Shown: positions 1 through 11,135 of the stretch, in pieces
How the letters are laid out: each line of letters opens with the position of its first letter
Position numbering within the stretch: the stretch's first letter is position 1
Source of the DNA: a bacterium
GTDB lineage: Bacteria > Bdellovibrionota_C > UBA2361 > SZUA-149 > JAEUWB01
Assembly (NCBI GenBank): GCA_016786595.1
Contig: JAEUWB010000035.1
Location: 3,182 to 67,181 of the forward strand
Direction of reading: 5' to 3'
DNA length: 64,000 nucleotides
Position numbers and translations under genes: made by a program
The notes under the pieces: generated by a model
What the model was told of the DNA's origin: nothing
Databases searched by the model: none
What the model saw: only the letters and a program-made list of their open reading frames with translations

Positions 1-285
1 ACCCTCGGACTATTCGCACTGGGGATTACGGCCTTAGCTACCTTACTTGCGGCGATTGCAGTGCAAATTTCTGGCTTAGGATTAGTTTTCGACATTTTAC
101 TTTTGCCCTTGGCCATTCCGCAGACGCTCGGTGTGCTGGCAGTCTTACAATCGAGCGTTGAGCGAGCGCCTAATATTTTTCTAAGTTCAGCAATGCTATT
201 GACTTTTGGATTTGCGATTTTAGTTGTAGGTTTGGGGTTGATCTTGTTTGAATTTTTAGTGAATTATGATCGTGCAAGGTAGGGG
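1..285 (+). CDS. ccmB: Heme exporter protein B, C-terminal fragment (gene starts upstream of the window)
   Basis: Frame-1 translation is hydrophobic and membrane-like (LGLFALGITALATLLAAIAVQISGLGLVFDILLLPLAIPQTLGVLAVL...). It lies immediately upstream of ccmC and ccmD in the canonical ccmABCD order. Confidence 0.5.
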
Positions 286-296
286 CGTTCAAGCAG

Positions 297-1019
297 ATGA
301 GTAATATTTTATCGCCAGAGCAGTTGATCTCCAGTGTTTGGGCCCGTTGGGTGCTGCCCAGTTTGAGTGTTTTACTAATCTGCCTCGTGCAATATCTGAT
401 TTTTATTGTTGTACCAGATGAAAATGTGATGGGCTCTGCGCAGCGCATTTTTTATTTTCATGTTGGCGCAGCTTTTACCAGCTATTTGATGATTGCCATA
501 CTTTTTATTGCCAGCGTTTATTATCTCTGGAGTGCGGACGCTCGATCTGATCACTTTGCTCGTGCTGCGGCAGAGATTGCGCTACTTTTTGCTTCAATCG
601 TGCTGATTACCGGCATGATTTGGGGGAAGTCTTCCTGGAACACGTATTGGCGTTGGGAGCCGCGCATCGTTTCACAGCTAATTTTATGGCTGACACTTGC
701 AGGCTACGTGCTTGTTCGTAAATTATTGGCCACAGAAGAAGTGCAGGCAGCGCGCTTTGCCGCTGTCTTAGGCGTGCTGGCAACGGTGTTGGTGCCTGTT
801 GTGATTTTTTCGATCAGACTGATTGAGCCAAGTGCACAACTCCATCCGCAGGTAATCTCCAACCAAGGACTACGTGCCCCCAGCTTTGTTTGGACCTTAC
901 TGACTGCTACGTTGGCACTCGGTACTTTCGCTAGCTGGTTGTGGTTACTCTTAGTAGCTAAACTTTTTTTACAAGCTGAGATCACTAACCTTTCTCGGCA
1001 GCGCCATCTTGAAGAATAG
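297..1019 (+). CDS. ccmC: Heme exporter protein C (cytochrome c-type biogenesis)
   Basis: 240 aa polytopic membrane protein with the Trp-rich WGxxxWxxxWxWEPR segment (WGKSSWNTYWRWEPRIV) typical of CcmC, followed by a small ccmD-like ORF. Confidence 0.75.
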   Translation: MSNILSPEQLISSVWARWVLPSLSVLLICLVQYLIFIVVPDENVMGSAQRIFYFHVGAAFTSYLMIAILFIASVYYLWSADARSDHFARAAAEIALLFASIVLITGMIWGKSSWNTYWRWEPRIVSQLILWLTLAGYVLVRKLLATEEVQAARFAAVLGVLATVLVPVVIFSIRLIEPSAQLHPQVISNQGLRAPSFVWTLLTATLALGTFASWLWLLLVAKLFLQAEITNLSRQRHLEE

Positions 1020-1028
1020 GGGAATTAT

Positions 1029-1181
1029 ATGAATTCTAACACTCCACAGACCTATTGGTACCTTTTTCTAGGCTATACAGCTTTCTGGTTGCTAATCAGC
1101 GCGTTTCTTGTTGTATTTGGCAATAAATTGAGAAAAATGAATGATGAAATTGTGCGTTTGAAGGAGCGCAATTCTAAATGA
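1029..1181 (+). CDS. ccmD: Heme exporter protein D-like small membrane protein (50 aa, absent from the ORF track because it is under 60 aa)
   Basis: ATG at 1029, single TM segment (YWYLFLGYTAFWLLISAFLVVF) then a basic tail, stop overlapping the galU start. Size, position after ccmC and topology fit CcmD. Confidence 0.45.
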   Translation: MNSNTPQTYWYLFLGYTAFWLLISAFLVVFGNKLRKMNDEIVRLKERNSK

Positions 1182-2056
1182 GCAAGCAAGTTAGAAAAGC
1201 TGTAATCCCAGCAGCTGGATTAGGAACGAGATTTTTACCGGCAACAAAATCTGTGCCCAAAGAGCTACTACCGATCGTTGACACCCCAACGGTGCAGTAT
1301 ATCGTGAAGGAAGCTTCTGATTCAGGAATTGAAACAGTTATTTTTATTACAGGTCGTGGCAAGAACGCGATTATTGATCATTTTGACATCTATCCTGAAC
1401 TTGAAGCTAAGCTTCAAGGGGAAGGCAAGTCAGAGTTATTGAAAGCTTTGCACGACACTAGCTATTTAGCGAAATTTGTAAGTGTCAGGCAGGGGGAGCC
1501 ACGCGGGCTTGGTCACGCAGTGCTCTGCGCCAAGGACGTAGTCGGGGAGGAGCCTTTTGTTGTGCTTCTCGGCGATGATTTAGTTGATGCCGTGACACCC
1601 TGCACGCAGCAAATGATTGATATTTACAATAAATATCAAAAATCAGTTGTGGCTTTGATGCGTGTTGGTGATGAGGATGTGTCTAAGTTTGGAATTTGTG
1701 GCGGGCACCAGATTGCAGAGCGCGTCTATGAATTAGACACGATGGTTGAAAAGCCGAGCTTAACTGATGCGCCTTCTAATTTAGCGATTGTCGGACGTTA
1801 CGTGCTTGGGCCAAACATTTTTAAATATCTCGAAGAGACCGATCCGGGTAAGAATGGAGAAATTCAATTAACTGATGCGATGGAGCGAATGATGAAGACA
1901 GAAGGCTTTATTGGTTACGAATTTAGTGGCCAACGCTTTGATGCGGGGGATAAATTCGGCTTCATCCAAGCTGGCATCCATTACGGCCTGAAGCGTCGTG
2001 ATATTGCTCCACGCCTTAAGGCCTACATGCGCGAGTTACTGAACAGTAATTCTTAG
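1178..2056 (+). CDS. galU: UTP--glucose-1-phosphate uridylyltransferase
   Basis: N-terminal AVIPAAGLGTRFLPATKSVPKELLPIVDTPTVQYIV is the classic GalU nucleotide-binding signature. 292 aa. Confidence 0.9.
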   Translation: MSKQVRKAVIPAAGLGTRFLPATKSVPKELLPIVDTPTVQYIVKEASDSGIETVIFITGRGKNAIIDHFDIYPELEAKLQGEGKSELLKALHDTSYLAKFVSVRQGEPRGLGHAVLCAKDVVGEEPFVVLLGDDLVDAVTPCTQQMIDIYNKYQKSVVALMRVGDEDVSKFGICGGHQIAERVYELDTMVEKPSLTDAPSNLAIVGRYVLGPNIFKYLEETDPGKNGEIQLTDAMERMMKTEGFIGYEFSGQRFDAGDKFGFIQAGIHYGLKRRDIAPRLKAYMRELLNSNS

Positions 2057-2068
2057 CGCATTTTTGCT

Positions 2069-5000
2069 ATGAACTGCAGTGACATTGCGTGGAAAATTTT
2101 ACTCTCCAACCAAGCTCACGCAGTTCGTAGCGGAATTATCCGAGAAAATCCAAGAAAGCTTACGCTAATTCAAGCTGAGTGTTTGCTACAGTGGGTGATC
2201 CAGCAAGCAGATCTCAGCAATCGATTGGTGAGCGGCACACTTTACCGTTACATCTCAGCGCTCAGGCATTTCGCGCTCGATGACCAAGCCTTTGCCGAGG
2301 TGATTGATGCTCATGGCCTTAGTCTGCCACATAAAAAATATCGTGAGCAGGCCTTATTGCTACGTGACCAATTTGACGAAGTGCAGCGCAGGCTGAATTA
2401 CTTCGCCGAGGAGCGCATTCTTGAACTGGCCTTTGAATTATTAAGTCAGGAACAAAGTAGTGCGCGTTTAATTTATCCAAAAAACGTGGAATTAAAACTT
2501 GAGACCGGTAAGCGAAGGTCAGAACTTGAAACTAAGTTTATTAACTTACTCTCGAAGCAGAGTGAAGTCAGTCAAACTGAGCTAGTTCATGATTCCAAGC
2601 TGGAGAATACTTTAATCCACACACCGCTTGCGCAAAAACTCCTCAGTTGCCTAGATGCTTGGCCGACTGCCGCAAAGGATAAGCTGAGTAGCGCGCAATT
2701 CCTCTCTTGGTATTCTGCTCAGAGGGTTAAGCTTGCTGATTATCGCCAAGCTTTAGCCAAGTTTGACCCGAAAATTAGTTCACAGTTACTCAGTGAACGA
2801 GTCCTGACACAACGCGCCATTACGCGATCGATTGTTGAAGCAAATCTTGCTTATCGATTGTTAATTGACCCAGATGCACCTGGGGTTGAACTAAAACCGC
2901 AAGATTCAATTTTAGGCTTTCAGGAGTGGAGTAAGATTCTACGACGTGTTCTTACTCAGAGTAGCTATGCCACACTAAGAACCAACGAATTTTACCAGAA
3001 CGTAGTAAGCGTAAGCTTGTCGGAAAAAGCTCCGGGTGAAACCGAGGATTTAGCGGCGCGTGCATTGCGGGCGATTCAGAGCCGCAGTTCTAACCAACTT
3101 ACCGCCTATGACGCTAAGTTTGAGGAGGAGTATCAAACTGCAACTGCCCTCAGCACCTATAGTGTTTCCGATCTGGAAATCCTAAGCGATTGCCCGCAGC
3201 GCTACTTTTTTCGCACAGTGCTTAAGCTTGAAAATTTAGATCAAGCCCCTGAGGATCGCATTCCAGCTGAAAGTGGAACACTCGTGCATGAAAGTTTGAA
3301 GCAATTCTATGCACTAAAAATTCCTGTCACCCGGGAAAATTTTCAAACTGCCTGTAATCATCTTAAGCAAATAGCACTTGAGCAATTTGAAAAGTCAAAA
3401 GAACGACAGCCTAGAGCAGCTTTAAAAGTGCTACCGACAATTGATTGGGATTCTTCAGCATTTTATCTTGCGGAAAAAGAATATATTCTTCGCGGTCTTG
3501 ATCAGGCGTTAGACGCAAAAGTAAAATTACGTGGCCCATTGCGACGTGCACTAGAACTGCAACTTAACTACTTTAGTAGTTATCCAATCGCGGTTGAAGC
3601 GCAGTCATATGCTAATAAATCTGACCCGTTTTTCTATTTGGAGCGAGTTCAAGTTCGTGGAATTGTCGATCGCATTGACCAAGAGCAAAACAGATTTCAC
3701 GTTTGGGACTATAAGACGGGCAGTGTCCCAAGTAGGGCTGATGTAAAGAAAAATCGAAGCCTACAGCCTGCGATTTATTCTGCAATTGTTGAAAAGCGTT
3801 TTGGTCAGGTTGCTCGTGTTGGCTTTATTCCGCTTGGCGGTAGAAACAATGAGCTCGAGGAGCCAACTGAAGTCACAGATTTGATTGATCAAGCAAAAAC
3901 TCAGGACTTAATTCATAGGCTCGATCAAAGAGTACGCCAGGGTGATTTTAGTCAAGTGCTAGAGACTACAGCTTGTTCCTATTGTGAATTCTCGCGCATT
4001 TGCTTTCGCGATCAGCGCTTACTTGAGAAAAAACTTTTAGCGCAGCAAGCACAAGCAAAAAACACCACGCAGTCGACTCAGCTCGTAGTGAAAATCAAGC
4101 AGGAGCCAAGCACGGAGGTAAGCTCAAGTAGCTTTAGCCTCAGTCCGCTGCAGTTACTTGCTGCCGACCCACTCAAGAGCGTAGCCGTTAGAGCTGGGGC
4201 TGGATCGGGAAAAACTCAAGTCTTAGTCACACGCTATCTAAGACAGATCTTAATTGGTGCATCAGTAAAAAGTATTCTCGTGATTACTTTTACCGAGAAA
4301 GCGGCAGAGGAATTAAAACGCCGAATTTATCACGCGCTTGAACGCATGCAAAGCAGTCGCGCCTTTCTCGGAAACGAAATTTCAGAGGAAGCACTTAAGT
4401 CGGTTGAACTTGCCCGAGTTGATTTCTCGCAGGCGCGAATTAGCACAATTCATGGTTTTGCACGTGCATTAATTTTAAGAAGTGGACTTGAGCGCTATCA
4501 GCATACTCGAATTATTGCACCGCTTGAGCGTGAAGAATTGCTCTCAGAGATTTTTAGATCTGTGCTAGTCAATTCTAAAAGTGATCAACTTTTAAAGCTA
4601 TACCGTCATGACATAGCTCGCCAGCGTCTCGCAGATTTAATCAAGCAAGCTATCTCTGAGCGCTTCCATGGTAAAGTTAAAGCTCAATATCAGCGTGAAG
4701 CATTGGAGCAGGATATTCGTTTACTACTGCAAGAACTTGCCGAAGTGAATTTTGAGAAGCTCATCTCACAATTAAAATTTTGGAATGAAGTTCAAAGACG
4801 CTGGTTTAGCGATGCTCAAGCAAGTCTTGAGACGCCGCAGCAGGAAATTTATGCGGGAATTCTAGAACGCACTGAAAAGCTTGAGCAGCAGCTAACCAGT
4901 CCAGCTGAGCTCAGTCAGCATCGCGAAAATATCGCTGAGCTATCGAATTATCTCAATCTTTATCGCCGCCGCGCACTCAAGAAACCGAAGAACTATTTAA

Positions 5001-6736
5001 AAATACTTGCCGACCTACTTGAGCAAATCTTACCTGAAATCTCATCTCTCGAGGCAGAATTAGCTTTTATTGAGTTGACTGAGGATTTTGAAAAAGTCGC
5101 AAGTGCGGTTGCCTACAACTACCAGCAGTCAAAGTTGCAGCGCGGAGCGGTGGATTTTTTCGATCTACTACTTGGTGCCGAGGAAATACTCAGCAACTAC
5201 CGAGGTGGAGGCGGCAACCAATCGAGTCATGCAGGGTTTAAGTATCTCGATCAGATTCGTCACCTCATGCTCGATGAATTTCAAGACACCGATGCACGAC
5301 AGTGGCAAATCGTTAAACATCTACTCACCGACGAAGGCCGAACACTTTTTGTTGTTGGCGATGAAAAGCAGTCGATTTATAGATTTCGTGGAGCTGAAGT
5401 CAATCTATTTCGCGAAGCTGTGCAGGCGGTTGAAGCACGTAACGGGCGGGTAATTTCACTAACCGAGAATTATCGTTCCGAGCCGCAAATTCTTGATTTT
5501 GTAAATCATGTTTTTGCTACCGAGATGGCAGATCTTAACTTTGAGCCGCTAACTGCAAAATTGCCGAGCAGTGGTAACTCAAGCGTGGAAGTATTTTTTG
5601 TCTCAGGAAAGGCAGATTCCGATAAAGACGCAGCTGAAGCCCAGCTCATTGCCCGTGAAATAAAAAGCCGGGAAATACAAAACGGGGGAACAAAAAACTG
5701 GATTGCACCGCAGCAAGAGATTGCAATTCTTGCGCGCACGCGCCTGCAACTAGAAAAGCTTGCTTTGGCATTAGGTGCCGCGGGCATTCCCTATACGGTC
5801 AAAAACAATCAAGCTTTCTTTGAATTGCAGGAAGTAAATGAGGTGGAGTTATTTTTAAAATTCATTGCAGCGCGGATTGATGGTAAACTTGATGCGATTT
5901 CTCTGGTAGGATTGTTGCGTTCTTCTTTGCTGGGTTATAGCGACCAGCAAATTTATAAATTGTCACTCCAGCACGATTCGTGGGAAAAGTGCGCACTGAG
6001 CTTGCCGCAAATTGCAACTTGGTGCCAGTTGGCACAAATCATTCCGGCAATTGACCTACTGGAAAGCATTTTCTTAAGTCCACACTTTGGTGGTGGGCTA
6101 CAAGCGCTAGGCTACGCTGAACGTATCGCGAATGTGCAGTTACTGATTGCGACCATGCGTGAGTTAGATCCGCTGCTACAGTCGTATGAGAAGCTTGCGC
6201 GCTGGATTGCATATGAGAGATCTAGTGGCGGACATGCGCTAGCAAATGACTCACTAGCGAAAAATAAATCAGTTGAGAATAGGGATCGCAATCAAGCACC
6301 TCTACCCGTTGTGCTTTCTACTATTCATGCGGCCAAGGGACTAGAATTTGATACAGTGATTTTACCATTTCTTTCCAGCAAATTGCGTGAACGCTCGGAT
6401 GCAATTCTTGGAAATTTAGGAAGTAATGAAATTCTTTGCTTGCCCCCGCGCAAGAATCAAAGCGTAGTCTATCAAACATTGAAAAAGTCAGAAAAAATTA
6501 GCGATCATCAGGAAGAGCTTCGCATTTATTATGTGGCTTGTACGCGAGCCAAAAAAAGACTACTATTGTCAGTGCGGGATGATGTGCTAAAGCAGCTGGA
6601 GAACGAAAGCAGTAAATATACGTTTGGAGCTACCTTGTTAAGTAAAGGACAGCTTGATGATGAAGAATCCCCTCATTGCTTCATCTACAATCAATCGCAA
6701 ATACCAGTAAAGGTATTAGATCTGAGTACGTTATGA
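2069..6736 (+). CDS. Fused AddB-like PD-(D/E)XK nuclease (N-terminal, Fe-S type) and UvrD/AddA-type superfamily 1 helicase (C-terminal), single 1555 aa polypeptide
   Basis: N-terminal half has RecB/Cas4-type nuclease motifs: SVSDLEILSDCPQRYFFRTV, GIVDRIDQ...VWDYKTG, and a Cys triad CSYCEFSRIC (CxxCxxxxxC). C-terminal half has UvrD motifs: Walker A AGAGSGKTQVL, motif III VGDEKQSIYRFRGA, TIHAAKGLEFDTVIL, YYVACTRAKKRLLL. There is no stop between the two domains. Confidence 0.8.
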   Translation: MNCSDIAWKILLSNQAHAVRSGIIRENPRKLTLIQAECLLQWVIQQADLSNRLVSGTLYRYISALRHFALDDQAFAEVIDAHGLSLPHKKYREQALLLRDQFDEVQRRLNYFAEERILELAFELLSQEQSSARLIYPKNVELKLETGKRRSELETKFINLLSKQSEVSQTELVHDSKLENTLIHTPLAQKLLSCLDAWPTAAKDKLSSAQFLSWYSAQRVKLADYRQALAKFDPKISSQLLSERVLTQRAITRSIVEANLAYRLLIDPDAPGVELKPQDSILGFQEWSKILRRVLTQSSYATLRTNEFYQNVVSVSLSEKAPGETEDLAARALRAIQSRSSNQLTAYDAKFEEEYQTATALSTYSVSDLEILSDCPQRYFFRTVLKLENLDQAPEDRIPAESGTLVHESLKQFYALKIPVTRENFQTACNHLKQIALEQFEKSKERQPRAALKVLPTIDWDSSAFYLAEKEYILRGLDQALDAKVKLRGPLRRALELQLNYFSSYPIAVEAQSYANKSDPFFYLERVQVRGIVDRIDQEQNRFHVWDYKTGSVPSRADVKKNRSLQPAIYSAIVEKRFGQVARVGFIPLGGRNNELEEPTEVTDLIDQAKTQDLIHRLDQRVRQGDFSQVLETTACSYCEFSRICFRDQRLLEKKLLAQQAQAKNTTQSTQLVVKIKQEPSTEVSSSSFSLSPLQLLAADPLKSVAVRAGAGSGKTQVLVTRYLRQILIGASVKSILVITFTEKAAEELKRRIYHALERMQSSRAFLGNEISEEALKSVELARVDFSQARISTIHGFARALILRSGLERYQHTRIIAPLEREELLSEIFRSVLVNSKSDQLLKLYRHDIARQRLADLIKQAISERFHGKVKAQYQREALEQDIRLLLQELAEVNFEKLISQLKFWNEVQRRWFSDAQASLETPQQEIYAGILERTEKLEQQLTSPAELSQHRENIAELSNYLNLYRRRALKKPKNYLKILADLLEQILPEISSLEAELAFIELTEDFEKVASAVAYNYQQSKLQRGAVDFFDLLLGAEEILSNYRGGGGNQSSHAGFKYLDQIRHLMLDEFQDTDARQWQIVKHLLTDEGRTLFVVGDEKQSIYRFRGAEVNLFREAVQAVEARNGRVISLTENYRSEPQILDFVNHVFATEMADLNFEPLTAKLPSSGNSSVEVFFVSGKADSDKDAAEAQLIAREIKSREIQNGGTKNWIAPQQEIAILARTRLQLEKLALALGAAGIPYTVKNNQAFFELQEVNEVELFLKFIAARIDGKLDAISLVGLLRSSLLGYSDQQIYKLSLQHDSWEKCALSLPQIATWCQLAQIIPAIDLLESIFLSPHFGGGLQALGYAERIANVQLLIATMRELDPLLQSYEKLARWIAYERSSGGHALANDSLAKNKSVENRDRNQAPLPVVLSTIHAAKGLEFDTVILPFLSSKLRERSDAILGNLGSNEILCLPPRKNQSVVYQTLKKSEKISDHQEELRIYYVACTRAKKRLLLSVRDDVLKQLENESSKYTFGATLLSKGQLDDEESPHCFIYNQSQIPVKVLDLSTL

Positions 6737-6754
6737 TACGAATTTTGGGGATTC

Positions 6755-9700
6755 ATGCGCCTAGAAACCTTTAGAAAAATTGTCAGTGAGAAAATTCTCG
6801 TGCTCGATGGGGGCATGGGAACAATGATTCAGGCTGCAAAGCTTAGTCCTGAAGATTACGCTGGGAAAATGCAGCTTGCCAAAGATCAAAAAGGCAATAA
6901 CGACTTGCTATCACTGACTCAGCCAGATCTGATTCGGCAAATCCACTCAACTTACCTCTCAGCAGGTGCCGATCTGATTGAGACCAATACTTTTAATGCC
7001 AATCAATTTTCCCAAGCAGACTTTGCCTGTGAGCACTTAGTTTATGAGATGAATCTGACAAGCGTTAACCTAGTGCGCGAAGCGATTAAGCTTAGCTCGC
7101 CGAGTCAAAGTGCTTATATTGCTGGGTCGATTGGGCCTTCAAATCGCTCTGTTACTTTGTCACCTGATGTTGAGCGTCCAGGTTATCGCGCTACGACATT
7201 TGCTGATGTTGTTCAGGCCTATACGCCACAAATCAATGCGCTGATTGACGGGCAAGTTGATTTCCTGCTCGTCGAGACAGTTTTTGATACGCTGCTTTGT
7301 AAGGCTATTCTGTTTGCAATCGATCAAGCGTTTGCACAAAAAAATACTCGCTTGCCGGTTATAGTTTCAGGCACGATTGTTGATTTAAGTGGCCGCACGC
7401 TCTCCGGGCAAACCGCCAAGGCTTTCTATCATTCGATCGCGCATGCCCCAGAACTTGCTGCGGTTGGCTTAAACTGCGCACTTGGCGCAAAGCAAATGCG
7501 ACCTTTTCTTGAAGAACTAGCTCGCGATATTCCTTATCCAGTCATTGCCTATCCGAATGCTGGACTACCCAATGAGTTTGGTGGCTACGACCAAACGCCG
7601 GGGCAGTTTTGTGGTGAATTAAAAGAGTTTTTGTCGCGCGGGCTGGTAAATTTAGTTGGTGGCTGTTGCGGAACAACGCCAGATCACATTCGCGAACTTA
7701 AAGACTTAGTCGAAGGTGTTAAGCCGCGAGTCATTCCGGAGCTTAAAGATCATTATCTTCATCTCTCTGGCTTAGAGCCATATACAAAAACTCCCGAGTC
7801 GAATTTTTTTAATATTGGCGAACGTACAAACGTAACTGGGTCGAAGAAATTTCTTGAACTAGTTAAAAATAATGATCTCGATACAGCTTTAACAATTGCG
7901 CGCGAGCAAGTGCTCTCTGGTGCCCAAGCTTTAGATCTCAATGTCGATGAGGGTTTGATTGATTCTCGGCAAATCATGCGTGATTTTGTGAATTTACTTG
8001 TATCCGAACCTGACATTTCGCGTGTTCCTTTCGTCTTTGATTCTTCAAAGTGGGAGGTGATTCAAGCTGGACTTGAATGCTGTCAAGGTAAGTCGATTGT
8101 TAACTCAATTAGCCTGAAGGAAGGGGAAGCGGAGTTTATTAAGCATGCCCGGCTTGCTCGTGCCTATGGGGCGGCTGTGATTGTCATGGCTTTTGATGAA
8201 AAGGGCCAAGCAGATACGCTCGATCGTCGCATTGAAATATGCCAGCGTGCCTATGATATTTTGACCAAGCAGGTTGGATTCCCGGCGGAAAATATTATCT
8301 TTGACCCCAACATTTTGGCTCTGGCGACGGGAATTGAAGAGCACAATAATTATGGCGTTGCCTTTCTTGATGCGGTGCGTTGGATTAAGACGAATTTGCC
8401 ACATGCTGGCGTAAGTGGCGGTTTAAGTAACGTCTCTTTTTCCTTCCGCGGAAATAATACGGTGCGTAGGGCGTTTAATACTATTTTCTTATACCACTCC
8501 ATTCGTGCCGGGCTTGACATGGCGATCGTCAATGCTGCTGAATTAGATGTTTATGAAAGTATTGACCCGACGTTACGTGATCACATTGAAGATGTTATTT
8601 TCAACCGTAGTCCTGATGCCACTGAGCGCTTGGTGCAATTTGCTGATAAATTAAAAGGAACTTCTACTGGAAAATCGGCAAGCGAGGATCTAACTTGGCG
8701 AAATCTCCCCGTAGCGGAGCGGCTGACGCATGCACTAGTCAAAGGCATTGCTGATTTTGTAGAAGATGACACCGCTGAAGCTTATCGTGAACTTAAAGAA
8801 CCAATGCTTGTAATTGAAGGCCCCTTAATGTCTGGGATGAACGTAGTGGGAGAACTTTTTGGCAGTGGCAAGATGTTTTTGCCGCAAGTTGTAAAAAGTG
8901 CGCGTGTAATGAAAAAAGCCGTTAGCGTGCTGCTGCCATATTTAGAAAACAAAAAGGCTGCAGTTAGCAAGAAGCATGGCAAGATCTTGCTTGCAACCGT
9001 TAAGGGCGATGTGCATGACATTGGGAAAAACATTGTCGGAGTTGTCTTGGGCTGTAACAACTACGAGATCCTCGATCTTGGTGTGATGGTTTCTTGTGAG
9101 AAGATTTTAGAAACAGCTCGACAGGAAGAGGTCGATATTATCGGCTTAAGTGGCTTAATTACTCCATCGCTTGATGAGATGGTGCATGTGGCTAAAGAAA
9201 TGGAGCGCTCAGGCTTTAAAATCCCGCTCTTAATCGGTGGGGCGACAACTTCACGCAAACACACTGCGGTGAAAATTGCTCCACATTACCAGCACGGCGT
9301 GGTGCATGTAAATGATGCCTCGCGAGCAGCACCGGTTGTCGGCAAGTTGATTAATAAAACGCTCAAGCCCGAATTCCTTGCGGAAATTAACTCTCAATAT
9401 CAGAAAATTGCCGATGAGTTTGCGCAAAAAAAACAAGACCGACATTATTTACCGATTCAAGAAGCCCGCAAGCATAAGCCACAGCTGAGCTATGACCCAG
9501 TTGTGCCAAAATTTTTAGGCGTCAAAGTTTATGACGATTTTCCGCTTGCTAGGTTAAGAAATTTCATTGATTGGGGACCTTTCTTTAATGCCTGGGAACT
9601 CCCGGGGCGGTTCCCAGAGATTCTAGATTCAGAGCAATATGGCAAGGAAGCTAGAAGCCTTTATCATGACGCAAGTCAGTTGCTAGATACCTTGATTGAC

Positions 9701-10414
9701 AAAAAACTGATCCGTGCCAAAGGCGTTGTTGGAATTTTTCCGGCAAATTCTACAGCTACAGATGATCTTAAAGTTTTTTCTTCGGAAGGTAAGTTGGAAG
9801 AGCTGATCACATTTAATATGTTGCGCCAGCAGGGGGAAAAGCGCGAAGGAATTTTTAACACTTCACTTGCCGATTATGTTGCTCCATTAGAGTCGGGGGT
9901 GCGTGATTACTTGGGCGCGTTTGCTGTGACGTCTGGAATTGGCTTAGCTGCGCTGGTTCAAGCTGCAGAAAAAGAGAACGATGACTACCGCTCGATTATG
10001 CTTAAGGCCTTAGCTGACCGTTTAGCTGAAGCTTTTGCTGAGTGTTTGCATCAGATCGTTCGTCGCGAGCTTTGGGCCTATGCGCCGGATGAGAATTTAA
10101 AGCCTGAGGCAATACTTCGCGAAAAATATCTAGGTATTCGTCCAGCGCCAGGCTATCCAGCCTGTCCCGACCACACGGAGAAGGAAAAGTTATTCAAGCT
10201 TCTAGCCGTAACTAAACACACTGGGATACAGCTTACGGAATCATATGCAATGACTCCGGCTGCAGCAGTTTGTGGACTTTATTTCGCCCATCCGGAAAGT
10301 CACTATTTTGGAATTGGTAGAATTCTTAAAGACCAAGTTGAAGAGTATGCAAAGCGTAAGGGCATGACAGTTGCTGCGGTGGAGCAGTGGTTAGCTCCGA
10401 ATTTGTTAGATTAA
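6755..10414 (+). CDS. metH: Cobalamin-dependent methionine synthase
   Basis: 1219 aa with homocysteine-binding, pterin-binding and B12-binding modules ([11 protein letters not shown] = DxHxxG cobalamin motif) and a C-terminal AdoMet reactivation domain. Confidence 0.92.
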   Translation: MRLETFRKIVSEKILVLDGGMGTMIQAAKLSPEDYAGKMQLAKDQKGNNDLLSLTQPDLIRQIHSTYLSAGADLIETNTFNANQFSQADFACEHLVYEMNLTSVNLVREAIKLSSPSQSAYIAGSIGPSNRSVTLSPDVERPGYRATTFADVVQAYTPQINALIDGQVDFLLVETVFDTLLCKAILFAIDQAFAQKNTRLPVIVSGTIVDLSGRTLSGQTAKAFYHSIAHAPELAAVGLNCALGAKQMRPFLEELARDIPYPVIAYPNAGLPNEFGGYDQTPGQFCGELKEFLSRGLVNLVGGCCGTTPDHIRELKDLVEGVKPRVIPELKDHYLHLSGLEPYTKTPESNFFNIGERTNVTGSKKFLELVKNNDLDTALTIAREQVLSGAQALDLNVDEGLIDSRQIMRDFVNLLVSEPDISRVPFVFDSSKWEVIQAGLECCQGKSIVNSISLKEGEAEFIKHARLARAYGAAVIVMAFDEKGQADTLDRRIEICQRAYDILTKQVGFPAENIIFDPNILALATGIEEHNNYGVAFLDAVRWIKTNLPHAGVSGGLSNVSFSFRGNNTVRRAFNTIFLYHSIRAGLDMAIVNAAELDVYESIDPTLRDHIEDVIFNRSPDATERLVQFADKLKGTSTGKSASEDLTWRNLPVAERLTHALVKGIADFVEDDTAEAYRELKEPMLVIEGPLMSGMNVVGELFGSGKMFLPQVVKSARVMKKAVSVLLPYLENKKAAVSKKHGKILLATVKGDVHDIGKNIVGVVLGCNNYEILDLGVMVSCEKILETARQEEVDIIGLSGLITPSLDEMVHVAKEMERSGFKIPLLIGGATTSRKHTAVKIAPHYQHGVVHVNDASRAAPVVGKLINKTLKPEFLAEINSQYQKIADEFAQKKQDRHYLPIQEARKHKPQLSYDPVVPKFLGVKVYDDFPLARLRNFIDWGPFFNAWELPGRFPEILDSEQYGKEARSLYHDASQLLDTLIDKKLIRAKGVVGIFPANSTATDDLKVFSSEGKLEELITFNMLRQQGEKREGIFNTSLADYVAPLESGVRDYLGAFAVTSGIGLAALVQAAEKENDDYRSIMLKALADRLAEAFAECLHQIVRRELWAYAPDENLKPEAILREKYLGIRPAPGYPACPDHTEKEKLFKLLAVTKHTGIQLTESYAMTPAAAVCGLYFAHPESHYFGIGRILKDQVEEYAKRKGMTVAAVEQWLAPNLLD

Positions 10415-10467
10415 TCAGACTGACCTTTAGGTAGCGCATCGAGAGGCAGTATGTTAAAATAGTTTTT

Positions 10468-10722
10468 ATGAGTGGTTTAAAGCAGCAACTTAAAGATTGC
10501 CCGATCGAGCTAGCGGATCAGCAAGGCAATATTGCCAGGTTTGGCAAGTTGGTCGATATGAACCGTTCTTTTGATATTAAATATTGGCAACAAAAAACCA
10601 CCTCAGAACGTATGCGCGCAGCTTGGGGGCTAGTAGTTTACGCTCTCCAACGTAAGGAGCAGATAAAAGATGAGCCCCGACTTCAAAGAGCTGTTACAAG
10701 CTTTCAACGACAATCACGTTGA
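10468..10722 (+). CDS. Hypothetical 84 aa protein
   Basis: ORF only; no motif recognised. Adjacent to the Fic locus. Confidence 0.3.
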   Translation: MSGLKQQLKDCPIELADQQGNIARFGKLVDMNRSFDIKYWQQKTTSERMRAAWGLVVYALQRKEQIKDEPRLQRAVTSFQRQSR

Positions 10723-10754
10723 GTATCTGCTAATCGGAGAAAAGTTGCAGTCCA

Positions 10755-11135
10755 CTAATTTGACTTCAGCCACTCTCGAAACATTGCCTGAAGACTTGTG
10801 TTTTTTTGCGTGGCGATAGCTCGGGCACGCTCAATATCTTTACGCTCTGCGCTTAGTGTAATTCTTCGAATTTCTATGTTGCGTTTTGGTGCACCGGCAT
10901 TTTTGCGATAACCCCCTTGTGAATGCGCCGAAGCCCAGGATTTAATTTCTCCTAATAATAATAACGTAGAATTTAAATTCATTCCTTTGACTAGCGTCCC
11001 GGTGGAAATCCATAAAAATACTTGCTCGATGTTAAGGCCTGGATATTTACTGAAATCTAGTGCTTCCAGGAATGCTTTGAACTGTTTGTGATCTTTTAGG
11101 TGCTTGAGTGCTTCTTGGTTGCTGAGGTTAATCAT
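10755..11135 (-). CDS. Hypothetical protein co-transcribed with fic (4 bp overlap); C-terminus resembles a ribbon-helix-helix DNA-binding tail
   Basis: Start overlaps the fic stop (ATGA). C-terminal ITLSAERKDIERARAIATQKNTSLQAMFREWLKS has an RHH-like pattern. Function not established. Confidence 0.4.
   Translation of the reverse strand: MINLSNQEALKHLKDHKQFKAFLEALDFSKYPGLNIEQVFLWISTGTLVKGMNLNSTLLLLGEIKSWASAHSQGGYRKNAGAPKRNIEIRRITLSAERKDIERARAIATQKNTSLQAMFREWLKSN

Noticed and set aside
5088-5453. ORF 5088-5453 (+), 121 aa, inside the nuclease-helicase gene
   Set aside because: Alternative frame within a gene whose main frame carries contiguous UvrD helicase motifs across this region.
7759-9861. 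Chain of 60-99 aa ORFs on the minus strand inside metH (7759-8016, 8105-8404, 8350-8532, 8581-8772, 8782-9060, 9061-9264, 9251-9445, 9676-9861)
   Set aside because: All lie antisense within a well-supported 1219 aa MetH reading frame and have no motifs. Typical shadow ORFs.
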